Made by a program: the position numbers and the translations under genes. A stretch of DNA of 64,000 nt from positions 3,168,001 to 3,232,000 of the forward strand of contig CBDCJH010000002.1 of the NCBI GenBank assembly GCA_965217775.1, read 5' to 3'. This DNA comes from Acidobacteriota bacterium. Lineage in GTDB: Bacteria; Acidobacteriota; UBA6911; RPQK01; JAJDTT01. Positions 29,703-40,238 of the stretch are shown in pieces. Position 1 is the stretch's first letter, and each line of letters starts with the position of its first letter. The notes below the pieces were generated by a model. It was given only the letters and a program-made list of their open reading frames with translations, did no database searches and had not been told where the DNA came from.

Positions 29703-32700
29703 ATGAATTTCATCCGAAGAGTTCTGGCGCCGGCTTCGGTCCTCTGCCTGGCGGCCGGCGTCCTCCTCGAGGCCCAAATCGACACCGGGACCATTCTGGG
29801 CCGCGTTCTGCTGGAGGACGGATCGCCTGCGGTGAAGGCCCAGGTCAGTCTGAGACACCAGGACACGAATCAACTTGTCGATCATCTCACCAGCCCAGCG
29901 GGCTATTTCCGGCGCGACGGTCTCCGGGTGGGGAAATATCAGTTGACCGTGACGCTGCCGGGATTCCGGACCGAAGTTCTCCGAGATCTGGATCTGCTGG
30001 TGGGACAGTCCCTCCGGGCGGATTTCCAACTCCGGCGGGGGACGGCCGCCGGCGCCTCGGTCAAACAGGCAGGACCGGCTCTGCTGGGAGCCGGAAGGAC
30101 GGATCTGGGACAGGTCATCGACCAGGAGAAACTCGACTCTTTGCCCGTCAACGCCCGGGACATCGGAAAGCTGGCCGGCTTGGCGGCCGGGGCTACTCCT
30201 TCGGCCTCGAACCGGGGCAGCGTCAAGGTCATGGGGATGAGGTTCAAGGACAATCTCACATATATCGACGGCACCCTCTTCACCCACGGAGACGGGGAGA
30301 CCTCCTTCAGGGCGAGTACCGACGCCTTGAAGGAGTTCGACGTGAAGACCGGCCTCTATTCGGCCGAGTACGGCGTGCGTCCCGGCGGCCAGATCACCGC
30401 CGTGACCAAGAGCGGCAGCAACCAGTTTCACGGAAACCTGTACTGGTTTCACCGGAACGACAATCTGGATGCCCGCAACTTCTTCGAACAGGGAAAGGCC
30501 GAATTCAAGCGCAACCAGTTGGGCGCGACCCTGGGGGGACCCATCCTGATCCCGGGCCTGTTCGATGGGACGGACCAAGCCTGGTTCTTCCTTTCCTACC
30601 AGTTCCGGTCGATTCGGGAGACCCGGCCCTTGACCGGAGTCGTTCCCACCGATGCCGAAAAACGAGGCGAGTTTTCATCGCCCATCCTGGACCCGGCGAC
30701 CGGACAGTTGTTCCCGGACGGCCGGTTGCCCGAGCAACGCCTGGATCCCGTAGCCAGGCAACTCCTCCACTACTGGCCGTCTCCGAATACGCCCGGCCCC
30801 CTGAACTTCACCAGTCCCGACTCAAAGGCGAATCTGGACAATCCCCAGCTCATCTCGCGCGTGGACCTTGCGACCTCGCCCGGCAACCGATGGGCCGGCC
30901 GCTTCATCTGGGATTCGAGTCCCCAGGTGTCCACACACACGTTCAGCGTCTTCTCCGCAGTGCAGCCCCTGCGGACCTACGGACAATCCATCTCCAACAT
31001 CAGGACGTTGGGAAACGGCCTGATCAACGCGGCGAGTATCCACTGGTTTTTCCGCCCCTATATCGCCGGTCCTTCCCGCGCCAAGCCCCAGGTCCCTTTG
31101 AGTCTCGGCATTCCGCAACTGCTGACGAGTGAAGCCGACCGGAGCGGCGTTCCCACGGTCGTCATCCAGGGCTACACGGGAATCGGCGACTCGGGCGCCG
31201 TGGGACACGCCAATCTGGGAAATTGGCAGGTCAAGGACGACGTCTCCTGGTCCCGCGGCGACCACACGTTGAGGGCAGGAGTCGAATTCCGGCAGCACTA
31301 CAACTTCTACGTGATGGAGCGCCGATCCCGATTCGAGTTTTTCAGCCGGTATACGGGAAATGCCTTCGCCGACTTTCTTCTGGGACATCCGGTGCGCACC
31401 GAGTTGGGCAGTGAGGACTTCCGGGGAAACTTCCACCAGAACAGCTTCTATTTCTACTTCAAGGACGTCTGGAGAGTCCGGCCCAGGTTGACCCTCACGC
31501 TGGGACTACGATACGAGCTTCGGCTCCCGTGGCGAGACAAGCGGGGCTTCATGGCCAACTTCGACGTGGCCGAGGGACGTCTGATTCCTCCGCTCTCGAT
31601 CGCCGACCCGCCGCCGCCCGAAACCGGCCGTTTCGAACCCGGCTTCCCCCTGGTCGAGTGGAACCGGGCTGCCGCCATCCTGCCCCGGTTGGGAATTTCG
31701 TTTCGACTCGGAAACGCTACCGTGCTGAGGAGCGGATACGGGATCTATTCCAACGAGCCCGATCTGAACATGGTTCAGGAAATGGCCAAGAATCCACGTC
31801 CGGGGGCCCGGCGCCTGGTGTTCCTCGCGCCCCTGGATCAGGCCACCTTGAGGTTGTCCGATCCGTTTCCGGAAAGCCTGGCGGATTCGGCGGCTCCCAA
31901 CCACTCGGGGATGCAGACGCCGCTTCCGCTTGCAACCACGCATTCGTGGGGGCTCACGCTTCAGCACCGGGTATCCCCGGGCGTCCTGCTGCAGGTAGGG
32001 TACCTGGGGTCTCGTTCCATCAACCGTCTGGAGACGATCTCTCTGAACGATGCGGTCCCCGGTCCGGGGGACCGGAGCCGGCGCCGCCCTTACTCCGAAC
32101 TGCAAACCGTCGAGATGCCCTTCGCCGGTGCCGATGCCTGGTTCCACGGCATGCAGTTGCAGGTGGAGAAGAGGCCGGACCGCTACGGTCTCTCGGCCCT
32201 GTTGGTTTTCGACTGGTCCCGGCAGATCGACAACGGGGGCGGATACCAGGGCCCGCCCTCGAGACGCCGATTCCGGTCCCGCAACATGCCGCCGGCCGTC
32301 AACCGGGCCCTTTCGGAATCCCATGTGCCCAGAAGAATGATGGTGACCGCCGGTTACGATCTGCCCTTCGGCGCCGGACGCGCCTTTTTTTCCAGAGGGC
32401 CGTCCGCGAAGATTCTCGGCGGCTGGTCGATCCGGGCCATCGCCAGCTTCCAGGACGGCGGTTGGTTTACGGTCTACCTGCCCGGCGACCCACTGGACAC
32501 CGGCTCCTACCACTCGCAATGGCCGGACCGGATTCGGAATCCCAATCTCAGTGACTCGGAGCGAAGTCCTTCCCGGTGGTTCGACACCGGGGCGTTCATG
32601 CGTCCGGGGGAGTTCCGTTACGGTAATGCGGGACGGAGTTCGGTCGAGGGACCGGGCGTCATCAATCTGGACCTCTCACTCCGGCGCACATTTCATCTCC

Positions 32701-32873
32701 AGGACAACCAGCGGCTGGAGCTGCGCCTGGAGGCCTTCAACGCCACCAACCATCCCAATTTCCTGCTGACGGGCAGGTCCAGAACCGGCGAGTTCGGGAC
32801 CTCGGAGTTCGGAGCTCTGGGGAGAGCCCAACCGGCTCGGCAGCTGCAGCTGGCGCTAAAGTTCTATTTTTGA
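29703..32873 (+). CDS. TonB-dependent receptor (Oar-like, carboxypeptidase-regulatory N-domain)
   Basis: VTKSGSNQFHG..RND.LDARNFF..RNQLGATLGGPI, LGLRYE, LRLEAFN, C-terminal QLALKFYF. Confidence 0.9.
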   Translation: MNFIRRVLAPASVLCLAAGVLLEAQIDTGTILGRVLLEDGSPAVKAQVSLRHQDTNQLVDHLTSPAGYFRRDGLRVGKYQLTVTLPGFRTEVLRDLDLLVGQSLRADFQLRRGTAAGASVKQAGPALLGAGRTDLGQVIDQEKLDSLPVNARDIGKLAGLAAGATPSASNRGSVKVMGMRFKDNLTYIDGTLFTHGDGETSFRASTDALKEFDVKTGLYSAEYGVRPGGQITAVTKSGSNQFHGNLYWFHRNDNLDARNFFEQGKAEFKRNQLGATLGGPILIPGLFDGTDQAWFFLSYQFRSIRETRPLTGVVPTDAEKRGEFSSPILDPATGQLFPDGRLPEQRLDPVARQLLHYWPSPNTPGPLNFTSPDSKANLDNPQLISRVDLATSPGNRWAGRFIWDSSPQVSTHTFSVFSAVQPLRTYGQSISNIRTLGNGLINAASIHWFFRPYIAGPSRAKPQVPLSLGIPQLLTSEADRSGVPTVVIQGYTGIGDSGAVGHANLGNWQVKDDVSWSRGDHTLRAGVEFRQHYNFYVMERRSRFEFFSRYTGNAFADFLLGHPVRTELGSEDFRGNFHQNSFYFYFKDVWRVRPRLTLTLGLRYELRLPWRDKRGFMANFDVAEGRLIPPLSIADPPPPETGRFEPGFPLVEWNRAAAILPRLGISFRLGNATVLRSGYGIYSNEPDLNMVQEMAKNPRPGARRLVFLAPLDQATLRLSDPFPESLADSAAPNHSGMQTPLPLATTHSWGLTLQHRVSPGVLLQVGYLGSRSINRLETISLNDAVPGPGDRSRRRPYSELQTVEMPFAGADAWFHGMQLQVEKRPDRYGLSALLVFDWSRQIDNGGGYQGPPSRRRFRSRNMPPAVNRALSESHVPRRMMVTAGYDLPFGAGRAFFSRGPSAKILGGWSIRAIASFQDGGWFTVYLPGDPLDTGSYHSQWPDRIRNPNLSDSERSPSRWFDTGAFMRPGEFRYGNAGRSSVEGPGVINLDLSLRRTFHLQDNQRLELRLEAFNATNHPNFLLTGRSRTGEFGTSEFGALGRAQPARQLQLALKFYF

Positions 32874-33091
32874 GTTCAGAAAAAAGAGAAATCCGGGGCG
32901 GGTGAGGATTCCGAATGTAACGTGGTCGGGTGCGCTGGAATTCGAGTGATTTGTCCGGGGATTCCGGAGAGATGGTAAAGGTGGCTGAAAACGCCCGGAA
33001 TCGGACGAGGCACGACTGCCACCAACTCGGCTTGGCCCCCTTGTCACAGGCTCAGCCAAGTTGCTCGTCGCGCGCTATGAAGAGGCGAGAG

Positions 33092-33122
33092 GGAGAGGAG
33101 CGGCTGGAAACCGCTCCTCTCC
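33092..33122. terminator. GC-rich hairpin between convergent genes (possible terminator)
   Basis: GGAGAGGAGCGG-CTGGAAA-CCGCTCCTCTCC 12-bp stem; no clear U-tract. Confidence 0.4.
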
Positions 33123-33129
33123 GCGTGAT

Positions 33130-33459
33130 TTAGCCCTTGAGCCTGTTGACAATTCTCACCACGAGAACGGTGGCGGCGCCGGCATACAGCGCTACGACAA
33201 TCTGTCCGAGAATGGCGTTCAGATGTGAGCCAATCCCAGCGATAACGTCCAACCCGCCCAACGCGCCCGAGCTCACGGCAGCACCAGAGGCGATGACAAC
33301 GGCTAGCTCGGCAGTCGCATCTTCAGCATCGACCTCGGTTATGGCGTAGACGATACCCAGGACGACCAGGGCCAAGGCGAGTATGCCTCCCGTTTCCGGT
33401 TTGGCCACACCCTCGATGATTGCCACCAAGACGGTCAACGCAACGATAATTCTACCCAT
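33130..33459 (-). CDS. Small multi-pass membrane protein
   Basis: 109 aa, about four hydrophobic helices, GGAGGA RBS, AT-rich upstream region. Confidence 0.7.
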   Translation of the reverse strand: MGRIIVALTVLVAIIEGVAKPETGGILALALVVLGIVYAITEVDAEDATAELAVVIASGAAVSSGALGGLDVIAGIGSHLNAILGQIVVALYAGAATVLVVRIVNRLKG

Positions 33460-33797
33460 GGATGTTCCTCCCCCCAAAAGAAAGTTGTAGTGACACGCTA
33501 CATCGGCTTCGTTTTCGCTGTGGATAAGGAAGACAATGGCGCAAGGTTGCGAGGTTTATACCACGGCGGAAATGTAAAGAACAGCACCGATGCAAAAAAA
33601 TTTGCATAAAGAAACTATTTCACGAAAGCGGCCGCTACTGTGCCCAAGAGTGTGCGGATTTCCAGCCTGAATCGCTGTTCGTCCGGGTTCCAGCAAGAGC
33701 TTCGAATGAGCAGAGCGTCCTCACGGCCCTTGCCGCTCTCGCACATCGTTTCCGACGCCGACGGCGGCACCGATGTCAATGTGGGTCAGTCCGTCTC

Positions 33798-35660
33798 TTA
33801 CCCGAGCTGGGAAATGTCGCGGACGGCGCCCTGGGCGGCGCTGGTGGTCAGGGCGGCATAGGCGGCCAGGGCCTGGGATATGGGACGATGGCGGTCGCGG
33901 GGACGGTAAGCCTCCCGACCCCGGGCTTCCATCTGGCGGCGCCGGCGCGCCAACTCCCCTTCCGAGACGGCCAATTCCAGCGTGCGGTTGGGAATGTCGA
34001 TCCGGATGAGGTCTCCCTCTTCGACCAGGGCGATAGCTCCACCCTCGGCCGCCTCGGGGGAGACGTGCCCGATGGACAATCCGCTGGTCCCGCCGCTGAA
34101 GCGTCCATCCGTCAGCAACGCGCACTTGGCGCCCAATTGCCGGGCCTTGATGTAGGAGGTCGGATAGAGCATCTCCTGCATTCCCGGACCGCCCTTGGGC
34201 CCTTCGTACCGGATCACGACCACGTCGCCGGCCTGGACCCCTCCGCCCAGGATCCCGTCGCAGGCTTCCTCCTGCGACTCGAAGACCCGGGCCGGTCCTT
34301 GGAAGATCCAGATCGACTCGTCCACTCCGGCCGTCTTCACGATGCACCCGTCTTCGGCCAGATTGCCGTACAGGACCGCCAGCCCTCCGTCCTGGGTATA
34401 GGCGTGCTCGGCCGACCGGATACAGCCTTCCCTCGAGTCGAGGTCGGACACTTGATAGTAGTTCTCCTGAGAAAATGCCTCCCGGGTGCGAACCCCTCCG
34501 GGAGCCGCCAGCGCCCGGCGGCGGGCGAAATCAGATAGCGACCCGTTGCCGTCGCGCAGGTCATTCTTGCGAATCATGTCTCCCATGCCGTCCCCGGAGA
34601 CGGTTCCCACCCCGGAGTGGATCTTGCCGGCGCGCTGGAGCTCTCCCAGGATGGCGGGGATCCCGCCGGCCCGGGCCACGTCCTCCAGGTGAAATTTTCC
34701 CGTGGCCGGCGCCACCTTGCAGATGCAGGGCACCTGCCGCGACAGGCGGTCGATGTCGGCCATGGTGAAATCCACGCCCGCCTCCCGCGCCATGGCCAGG
34801 ATGTGCAGCACCGTGTTGGTGGAACCACCCATGGCGATGTCCAGACTCATGGCGTTCTCGAAGGCTTCGAAGGTGGCGATGCTCCGGGGCAACACCGACT
34901 CGTCCCCCTCCAGGTAATAGGCGCGGGCCATCCGGACGATGCGCTTGGCGGCCCGCTCGAAGAGCTGCCAGCGCAGTGCGTGGGTCGCGAGGATGGTCCC
35001 GTTGCCCGGCAGGGCCAATCCGATCGCTTCGTTGAGACAGTTCATGCTGTTGGCCGTGAACATGCCCGAGCAGGACCCGCAGGTGGGACAGGCCTCCTCC
35101 TCCATCTTCAGGACCTGGGCGTCGCTGATCCGGCTGTCCCCGGCCGCCACCATGGAATCCACCAGATCCAGCTTGGCCGGCCCGGAAGCCAGCAGGGCCC
35201 GGCCGGCCTCCATGGGGCCTCCCGAGACGAAAATCGTGGGCAGGTTCAGCCGCAGGGCGCCCAGGAGCATCCCCGGAGTGATCTTGTCGCAGTTGGAAAT
35301 GCAGACCAGGGCGTCCGCCTTGTGGCCATTCACCATGTACTCCACGCTGTCGGCGATCAACTCGCGGCTGGGGAGGGAATAGAGCATCCCGTCATGTCCC
35401 ATGGCGATGCCGTCGTCCAGGGCGATGGTGTTGAACTCCACTCCGTAGCCGCCGTTGGCGTCAATGACCTGTTTCACCCTCTGGCCGATGGGATGCAGGT
35501 GAACGTGGCCGGGAACGAACTGGGCGAACGAGTTGGCGATGGCGATGATGGGTTTCCGGAAGTCCTCCGTCTTCATGCCGGTGGCCCTCCAGAGAGCCCG
35601 GGCCCCGGCCATGCGCCTCCCCTGGGTGGTGATACTGCTACGGAATCCCCTCTGCTGCAT
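33798..35660 (-). CDS. ilvD: Dihydroxy-acid dehydratase
   Basis: [79 protein letters not shown]. Confidence 0.97.
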   Translation of the reverse strand: MQQRGFRSSITTQGRRMAGARALWRATGMKTEDFRKPIIAIANSFAQFVPGHVHLHPIGQRVKQVIDANGGYGVEFNTIALDDGIAMGHDGMLYSLPSRELIADSVEYMVNGHKADALVCISNCDKITPGMLLGALRLNLPTIFVSGGPMEAGRALLASGPAKLDLVDSMVAAGDSRISDAQVLKMEEEACPTCGSCSGMFTANSMNCLNEAIGLALPGNGTILATHALRWQLFERAAKRIVRMARAYYLEGDESVLPRSIATFEAFENAMSLDIAMGGSTNTVLHILAMAREAGVDFTMADIDRLSRQVPCICKVAPATGKFHLEDVARAGGIPAILGELQRAGKIHSGVGTVSGDGMGDMIRKNDLRDGNGSLSDFARRRALAAPGGVRTREAFSQENYYQVSDLDSREGCIRSAEHAYTQDGGLAVLYGNLAEDGCIVKTAGVDESIWIFQGPARVFESQEEACDGILGGGVQAGDVVVIRYEGPKGGPGMQEMLYPTSYIKARQLGAKCALLTDGRFSGGTSGLSIGHVSPEAAEGGAIALVEEGDLIRIDIPNRTLELAVSEGELARRRRQMEARGREAYRPRDRHRPISQALAAYAALTTSAAQGAVRDISQLG

Positions 35661-35731
35661 GACGCCCTCCTCCGACTACGATACTGACGGAACAAGACAG
35701 GCTGCAAGACGATAGGCGAGGAGCGACGACT

Positions 35732-37375
35732 TTATTGTCGACCTGGAGCGGGGACTTTTAGTCCCCGATTGGGGGGGCAGGGGGTGAACTGGAATGAATA
35801 CAGGCGAGCGTCGCGCATGACGAAGCGGAGGCGGACCGGTTGGCCCGCCAGCGAGCTCACGTCCGACCGGCCTCTCCAACTGGCGGCGACCCTCAGGTAG
35901 TTGCCATTGATCTCGTCGGCATCGGCCGCCTTGAATCCCGCCAACGGCCGGCCCGACTCGTCCTGGATCTCCACCTGTACGATGCCGCCGGCGCTGGTGT
36001 CCGTATTCAGTTGGAGCTTATTCCCATCGAAGACCAACGGCTTCGTGGTCAATTCTCCTCCCGTATAGGCGGCTTCGGCCACGATGAAGCCGTCGGTCCG
36101 GGTGACGGCCACGCCCCGCACCGGCTGCCCCGTCCGGGTCGGATCGTTGTGAACCTTCCGCCAACCGTCGAAGAAGACCTCCAGGCGCGGATCCGACGCC
36201 GAGGGGAGCGGGCGCTTGACGAAGAGCATTCCGGCCCAGAAACTCCCCTCCGGACCCAGCCGAATGAAGGGGGTCCGCCCTGGGGACCGGCTCCAGTGGA
36301 TACCGTCACGGCTGGTGGCCAACTGGATGTCGGCCCGGCCCGGGAACTGGCTCAGAGATCCGTCCTTCTTGACCCGGGCTTCCCAGTGACTGTAGATGGA
36401 GACGAAGGCGATGTAGACCCGGCTCGTGTACTGGATCACGGGCAGGCTGTAGAAGTCCACGCGGTTGGGCGCGATGGAATTGGCCTCGTCCACATCGTCG
36501 GGAGCCAGGACGATCTCCTCGGGGCTCCATTGGATGAAATCGTCCGACACCGACCGCCCCATGCGGAGAAGCCGGGCCCGCCAGTTCATTTTTCGCTTGC
36601 CGTAGACCCGGTGGTAGTAGGCCACCTGCCGCGGATCGTCGAAGGTCTTGACCCGGCTGTAGGCGACGTACTTGCCGATGCGACCGTCCCAGAAAGGCTC
36701 GAAGCCCCCATCCCCCGAGGTCCCCAGCTTGCCCGTGATCCGTTTCCAGTGAATGCCGTCGTCGGAGACAAAACCGTACTTCCCCTTTCCATCGGGAAGC
36801 GGTTCCATTGCATTGTCGGGATCGGTCTCCCGGGGCGGCGTGAGTTTGTAGCTGGCCTTGAGCCGATCCCCGGGACCGGAGGCGTTGGGGTCCACGAACA
36901 CGGTGTTGACGCCGACGGAGGCCACGGCATAGGGGAAATCGTCGTTGGGGAAAAGGATGTTGTTGTCGCGGGAGCCTTCCCACTCCACCAGATCCAGAGA
37001 CGGGTTCCTCCAGTTGACGCCGTCGTCCGACTCCGCGTAGCGCAGGAGATTGCAGTGGAGTTTCTGGTTCCAATAGTCGCATTCGACGCCCGGTGCGCCG
37101 TAATAGAGACGGTATATGGATCCGTCGCGAACCACGAACCCCGGCGCCGGAAGTGACACCTTCTTACCGGTGGCGATCGCCTCGCCCGTCCGCATGATGA
37201 CGTTGCGCATGGAGGCGACGAGATATCCGTCTCGCCCATCTTCGGTCCAGGGTCCGACAAAAAGTTGTTTCTCGCTGCCGACTTCGACCGGCTCGTTCGA
37301 GGCCGACGCGGCGAGGGTGTGCAGCAGCACAAACGCCACGCCCGTTAGACCGCAGGCCGCATGACGAAATTTCAT
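35732..37375 (-). CDS. Secreted beta-propeller glycosidase-like protein
   Basis: Signal peptide; YAESDDGVNW, QLATSRDGIHW, RTDGF..LTTKPLVFDG..LQLN..VRLRF..LYSFQF. Confidence 0.65.
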   Translation of the reverse strand: MKFRHAACGLTGVAFVLLHTLAASASNEPVEVGSEKQLFVGPWTEDGRDGYLVASMRNVIMRTGEAIATGKKVSLPAPGFVVRDGSIYRLYYGAPGVECDYWNQKLHCNLLRYAESDDGVNWRNPSLDLVEWEGSRDNNILFPNDDFPYAVASVGVNTVFVDPNASGPGDRLKASYKLTPPRETDPDNAMEPLPDGKGKYGFVSDDGIHWKRITGKLGTSGDGGFEPFWDGRIGKYVAYSRVKTFDDPRQVAYYHRVYGKRKMNWRARLLRMGRSVSDDFIQWSPEEIVLAPDDVDEANSIAPNRVDFYSLPVIQYTSRVYIAFVSIYSHWEARVKKDGSLSQFPGRADIQLATSRDGIHWSRSPGRTPFIRLGPEGSFWAGMLFVKRPLPSASDPRLEVFFDGWRKVHNDPTRTGQPVRGVAVTRTDGFIVAEAAYTGGELTTKPLVFDGNKLQLNTDTSAGGIVQVEIQDESGRPLAGFKAADADEINGNYLRVAASWRGRSDVSSLAGQPVRLRFVMRDARLYSFQFTPCPPNRGLKVPAPGRQ

Positions 37376-37403
37376 CCTGGATGAATTCCTTCCGCGCTTC
37401 GAA

Positions 37404-38948
37404 TTACCTGAAGCGAATCGAATAGAGATCAGCATCGTTCATCTCGAATACCAGGCGGACCTTCTTGCCGGCCCAGGCGCCCAGGTCGCCGTTTCCGTTC
37501 CAACGGACCACCCGCTCGATCTTGTCACCGTAGATTTCGGGGCATTCCTTCAGGCTCAGGCCCTGAACGGGTCGACCCAACTCATCCTGCAGACCGACCT
37601 TCACGTAGCCGACCGCCGACGTCGAGTAGTTGAGGACCAGCTCCTTGCCGTCGAAAGTGAGAGGATGAGTCAGGAGGCTGCCGCCCCCGAAGTCGGCGTG
37701 GACCGACGCGAAGCCGTCCGCTCTCAGGGTGTGGCGGCGGAGCCGGCAAGTGGGCAACTCATAGTGTTCCCCCAGATAGAGGGACACCTCTGCAGGGCCG
37801 GTCTGAAGAATTCCCCAGGCCGTCATGTTGTTTCGATGGCCCCAGTTGCCCTGGTCCAGGCCAGCCCGGACGAACCCCTCCCGAAACGTACGCTGGAAAC
37901 GAACCCCGTCACGGCTGCTGATGAGGACCGCATCCGAGACCCCGCCGAAGAGGGCGATTCGGTACCACTCCTCCAGCGGCTGACCCGCCGCCTGGGCCCG
38001 CTTCCGGTTCCGTTCGAGCCTTTCCTCGTTTCCAGGCTCGTTCAGTTTCTCCCAATAGTTCTGAAACAACGCCTCATCCGTTTCCCGGACGATTCGGGTC
38101 GGCACGAAGCGCTTGGGAAAACCCAGGTAGATGTGTGGCGCCCGGGGATAAGGGGTGATGGCGTTGGTGTAGAAATGCTCCAGGGGCGCGTCCTCATAGT
38201 CCAGGTACCTGCCCTCGGTCCAGTTGAGGAAATCGCTGGAGGTCGCCGTCTTGATGGCCCGCACACCCGAATACCTCCACGCGTCTCCAACGGGACGGAT
38301 GAAATCCCGGTAGAAGGCCACATACTTTTTTCGCCCCGGATCCCAGAACGCCAGGTTCTGCGAGTCGAAGGCGCCGTCACTGATGACCGGCTCCTCCCGG
38401 ATCCGGCTCCAGTTCAAACCGTCGCCGGAGACGAAGGCCAGCAGTGGCCCCCCGCCCAGCGCCTTGTAGCGCTGTTCGGCCGGAACCTCGGGGTTGGAGT
38501 CCTTGAAGGGAGCGAAGTTGTGCGATCCCTTGCCCGTCCAGATGATGTTGTTGTCCGTGGAGCCGTTGTGGGAGTGCAGGCCGAGAGAGGGGCGTGTCCA
38601 GTGGATGCCGTCGCGGCTCTCAGCGTAGCAATAAACCTGTTTGGCGTCTTCGGCCGTCCCCACTCCCCGGTAGTACATGCGGAACCGGTCGCCGTCCCGG
38701 AACACGGTCACGTAGGCCGAATACTCCCCTTCCCAGGGCTGGTCGAATTCGATGGCCACCTCGGCCGGGCGCGGCCGGTGCAGGGCCAGGCGAAGATTGT
38801 CCATACGCGCAATCAGCCAGTCGTCGACGAAGAGCTCCAGACGCGACCCGACGTTCCGAATGGCGTCGTGAGACCCGGCAGACAAGGAAGGCGAGAGCGG
38901 CCCCGCCAGCCAGATCGTCCCAAGTGTCCACAAAATCAACTTTCTCAC
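37404..38948 (-). CDS. Secreted beta-propeller glycosidase-like protein
   Basis: GTG start after GGAGG; RLELFVDD, YAESRDGIHW, FDSQNLAFWD, LRADGFAS..LYSIRF. Confidence 0.7.
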   Translation of the reverse strand: MRKLILWTLGTIWLAGPLSPSLSAGSHDAIRNVGSRLELFVDDWLIARMDNLRLALHRPRPAEVAIEFDQPWEGEYSAYVTVFRDGDRFRMYYRGVGTAEDAKQVYCYAESRDGIHWTRPSLGLHSHNGSTDNNIIWTGKGSHNFAPFKDSNPEVPAEQRYKALGGGPLLAFVSGDGLNWSRIREEPVISDGAFDSQNLAFWDPGRKKYVAFYRDFIRPVGDAWRYSGVRAIKTATSSDFLNWTEGRYLDYEDAPLEHFYTNAITPYPRAPHIYLGFPKRFVPTRIVRETDEALFQNYWEKLNEPGNEERLERNRKRAQAAGQPLEEWYRIALFGGVSDAVLISSRDGVRFQRTFREGFVRAGLDQGNWGHRNNMTAWGILQTGPAEVSLYLGEHYELPTCRLRRHTLRADGFASVHADFGGGSLLTHPLTFDGKELVLNYSTSAVGYVKVGLQDELGRPVQGLSLKECPEIYGDKIERVVRWNGNGDLGAWAGKKVRLVFEMNDADLYSIRFR

Positions 38949-39075
38949 GATCCCTCCTATTTGGTTCGCGCCGATTAAATCATCCGAGGGGCCAAAATAA
39001 CACGCGGGCGCCGATTCCCCCGGCTCCGGCGCCGGTGGTATAAACGGGACGAAATCATTAAGGAGAAGCAAGCCC

Positions 39076-40212
39076 ATGGATGCCCTCGACTATTTGCATG
39101 ACCTGGTTCCCATGAACACCACCAGCAGCCGTTCCAACCTGCCGGCGGCCGACTACGTGGAAAAGGCACTAAAGCGCCTGGATTTCGCAACCGAGCGGAT
39201 CGAATACGACGATGCCAACGGGGTCCGCAAAGCCAGCATCGTGGGCAAGCGGGGAGAAGGCCAGGGCGGCATGGCCTACTTCGGGCACACCGACACGGTT
39301 CCCGCCGACACCTGGTTCACCGACGAGCACGGACCCTTCGAGCCGACCGTCAAGGGGGACCGGCTCTATGGGCGCGGCTCCTGCGACATGAAGGGGTCCA
39401 TCTCCTGCATGCTCGCGGCCGCGGGCCGGCTCTCGGGCGCCCGCTTGCGTGAGCCGCTCTACATCACCCTGACATCCGACGAGGAGATCGGCTACGGCGG
39501 GGCGGCCGCCGTGGCCAGCGAGTCCCGATTCTTCCGCGAAATGGTCACCGGGGGGACCCGTGGCGTCATCGGCGAGCCGACCATGCTGGAAGTGGTCTAT
39601 GCCCACAAGGGCACCTACGGGTTCATCGCCACCTCCCATGGAAAGGCGGCCCACTCCAGCAGCCGCGAGGGGCTCAACGCCAACCTGGCCATGATTCCCT
39701 TCCTCTCCGAGATGAAGCGCATCCACGACGAGACGGAGGTGGATCCCGAGTGGCAGAACCACGAGTTCGACCCGCCGGGGATCAGCTGGAATATCGGAAT
39801 CAACGACCACACCCGGGTGGTGAACATGAAGGCGGCCCAGAGCATCTGCACCGTCTATTTCCGTCCCATGGCCGGCATGGACGCCGACGGCCTGATGCAG
39901 CGGGCTCACGACAAAGCCCTGGAGTGCGGGATCGAGTTCAACCCGCTCTGGACGGGCAAACCGATCTACATGGATCCCGGCTCGGACTACGTTCGGGAGG
40001 CGCTGGAGTTGGCTGGACGGCGGCACTCCCGGACCGTTGCCTTCGGCACCGACGGCGCCATGCTGACGGAGCTGGAGCGATTGGTGGTGATGGGCCCGGG
40101 GGACATCGCCCAGGCTCATACCCACGACGAGTGGATCCTGTTGGACCAGATCGAAAAGGGGACCCGGCTCTTCACACAGATGATCCGCCAATGGTGCAGT
40201 GTCCCCGATTGA
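39076..40212 (+). CDS. M20 family deacylase (ArgE/DapE-like)
   Basis: GHTDTVP, LYGRGSCDMKG, DEEIG, IGEPT, AHKG, GPGDIAQAHTHDE. Confidence 0.9.
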   Translation: MDALDYLHDLVPMNTTSSRSNLPAADYVEKALKRLDFATERIEYDDANGVRKASIVGKRGEGQGGMAYFGHTDTVPADTWFTDEHGPFEPTVKGDRLYGRGSCDMKGSISCMLAAAGRLSGARLREPLYITLTSDEEIGYGGAAAVASESRFFREMVTGGTRGVIGEPTMLEVVYAHKGTYGFIATSHGKAAHSSSREGLNANLAMIPFLSEMKRIHDETEVDPEWQNHEFDPPGISWNIGINDHTRVVNMKAAQSICTVYFRPMAGMDADGLMQRAHDKALECGIEFNPLWTGKPIYMDPGSDYVREALELAGRRHSRTVAFGTDGAMLTELERLVVMGPGDIAQAHTHDEWILLDQIEKGTRLFTQMIRQWCSVPD

Positions 40213-40238
40213 GACGAACACTACCTGGAGAACCTTTC

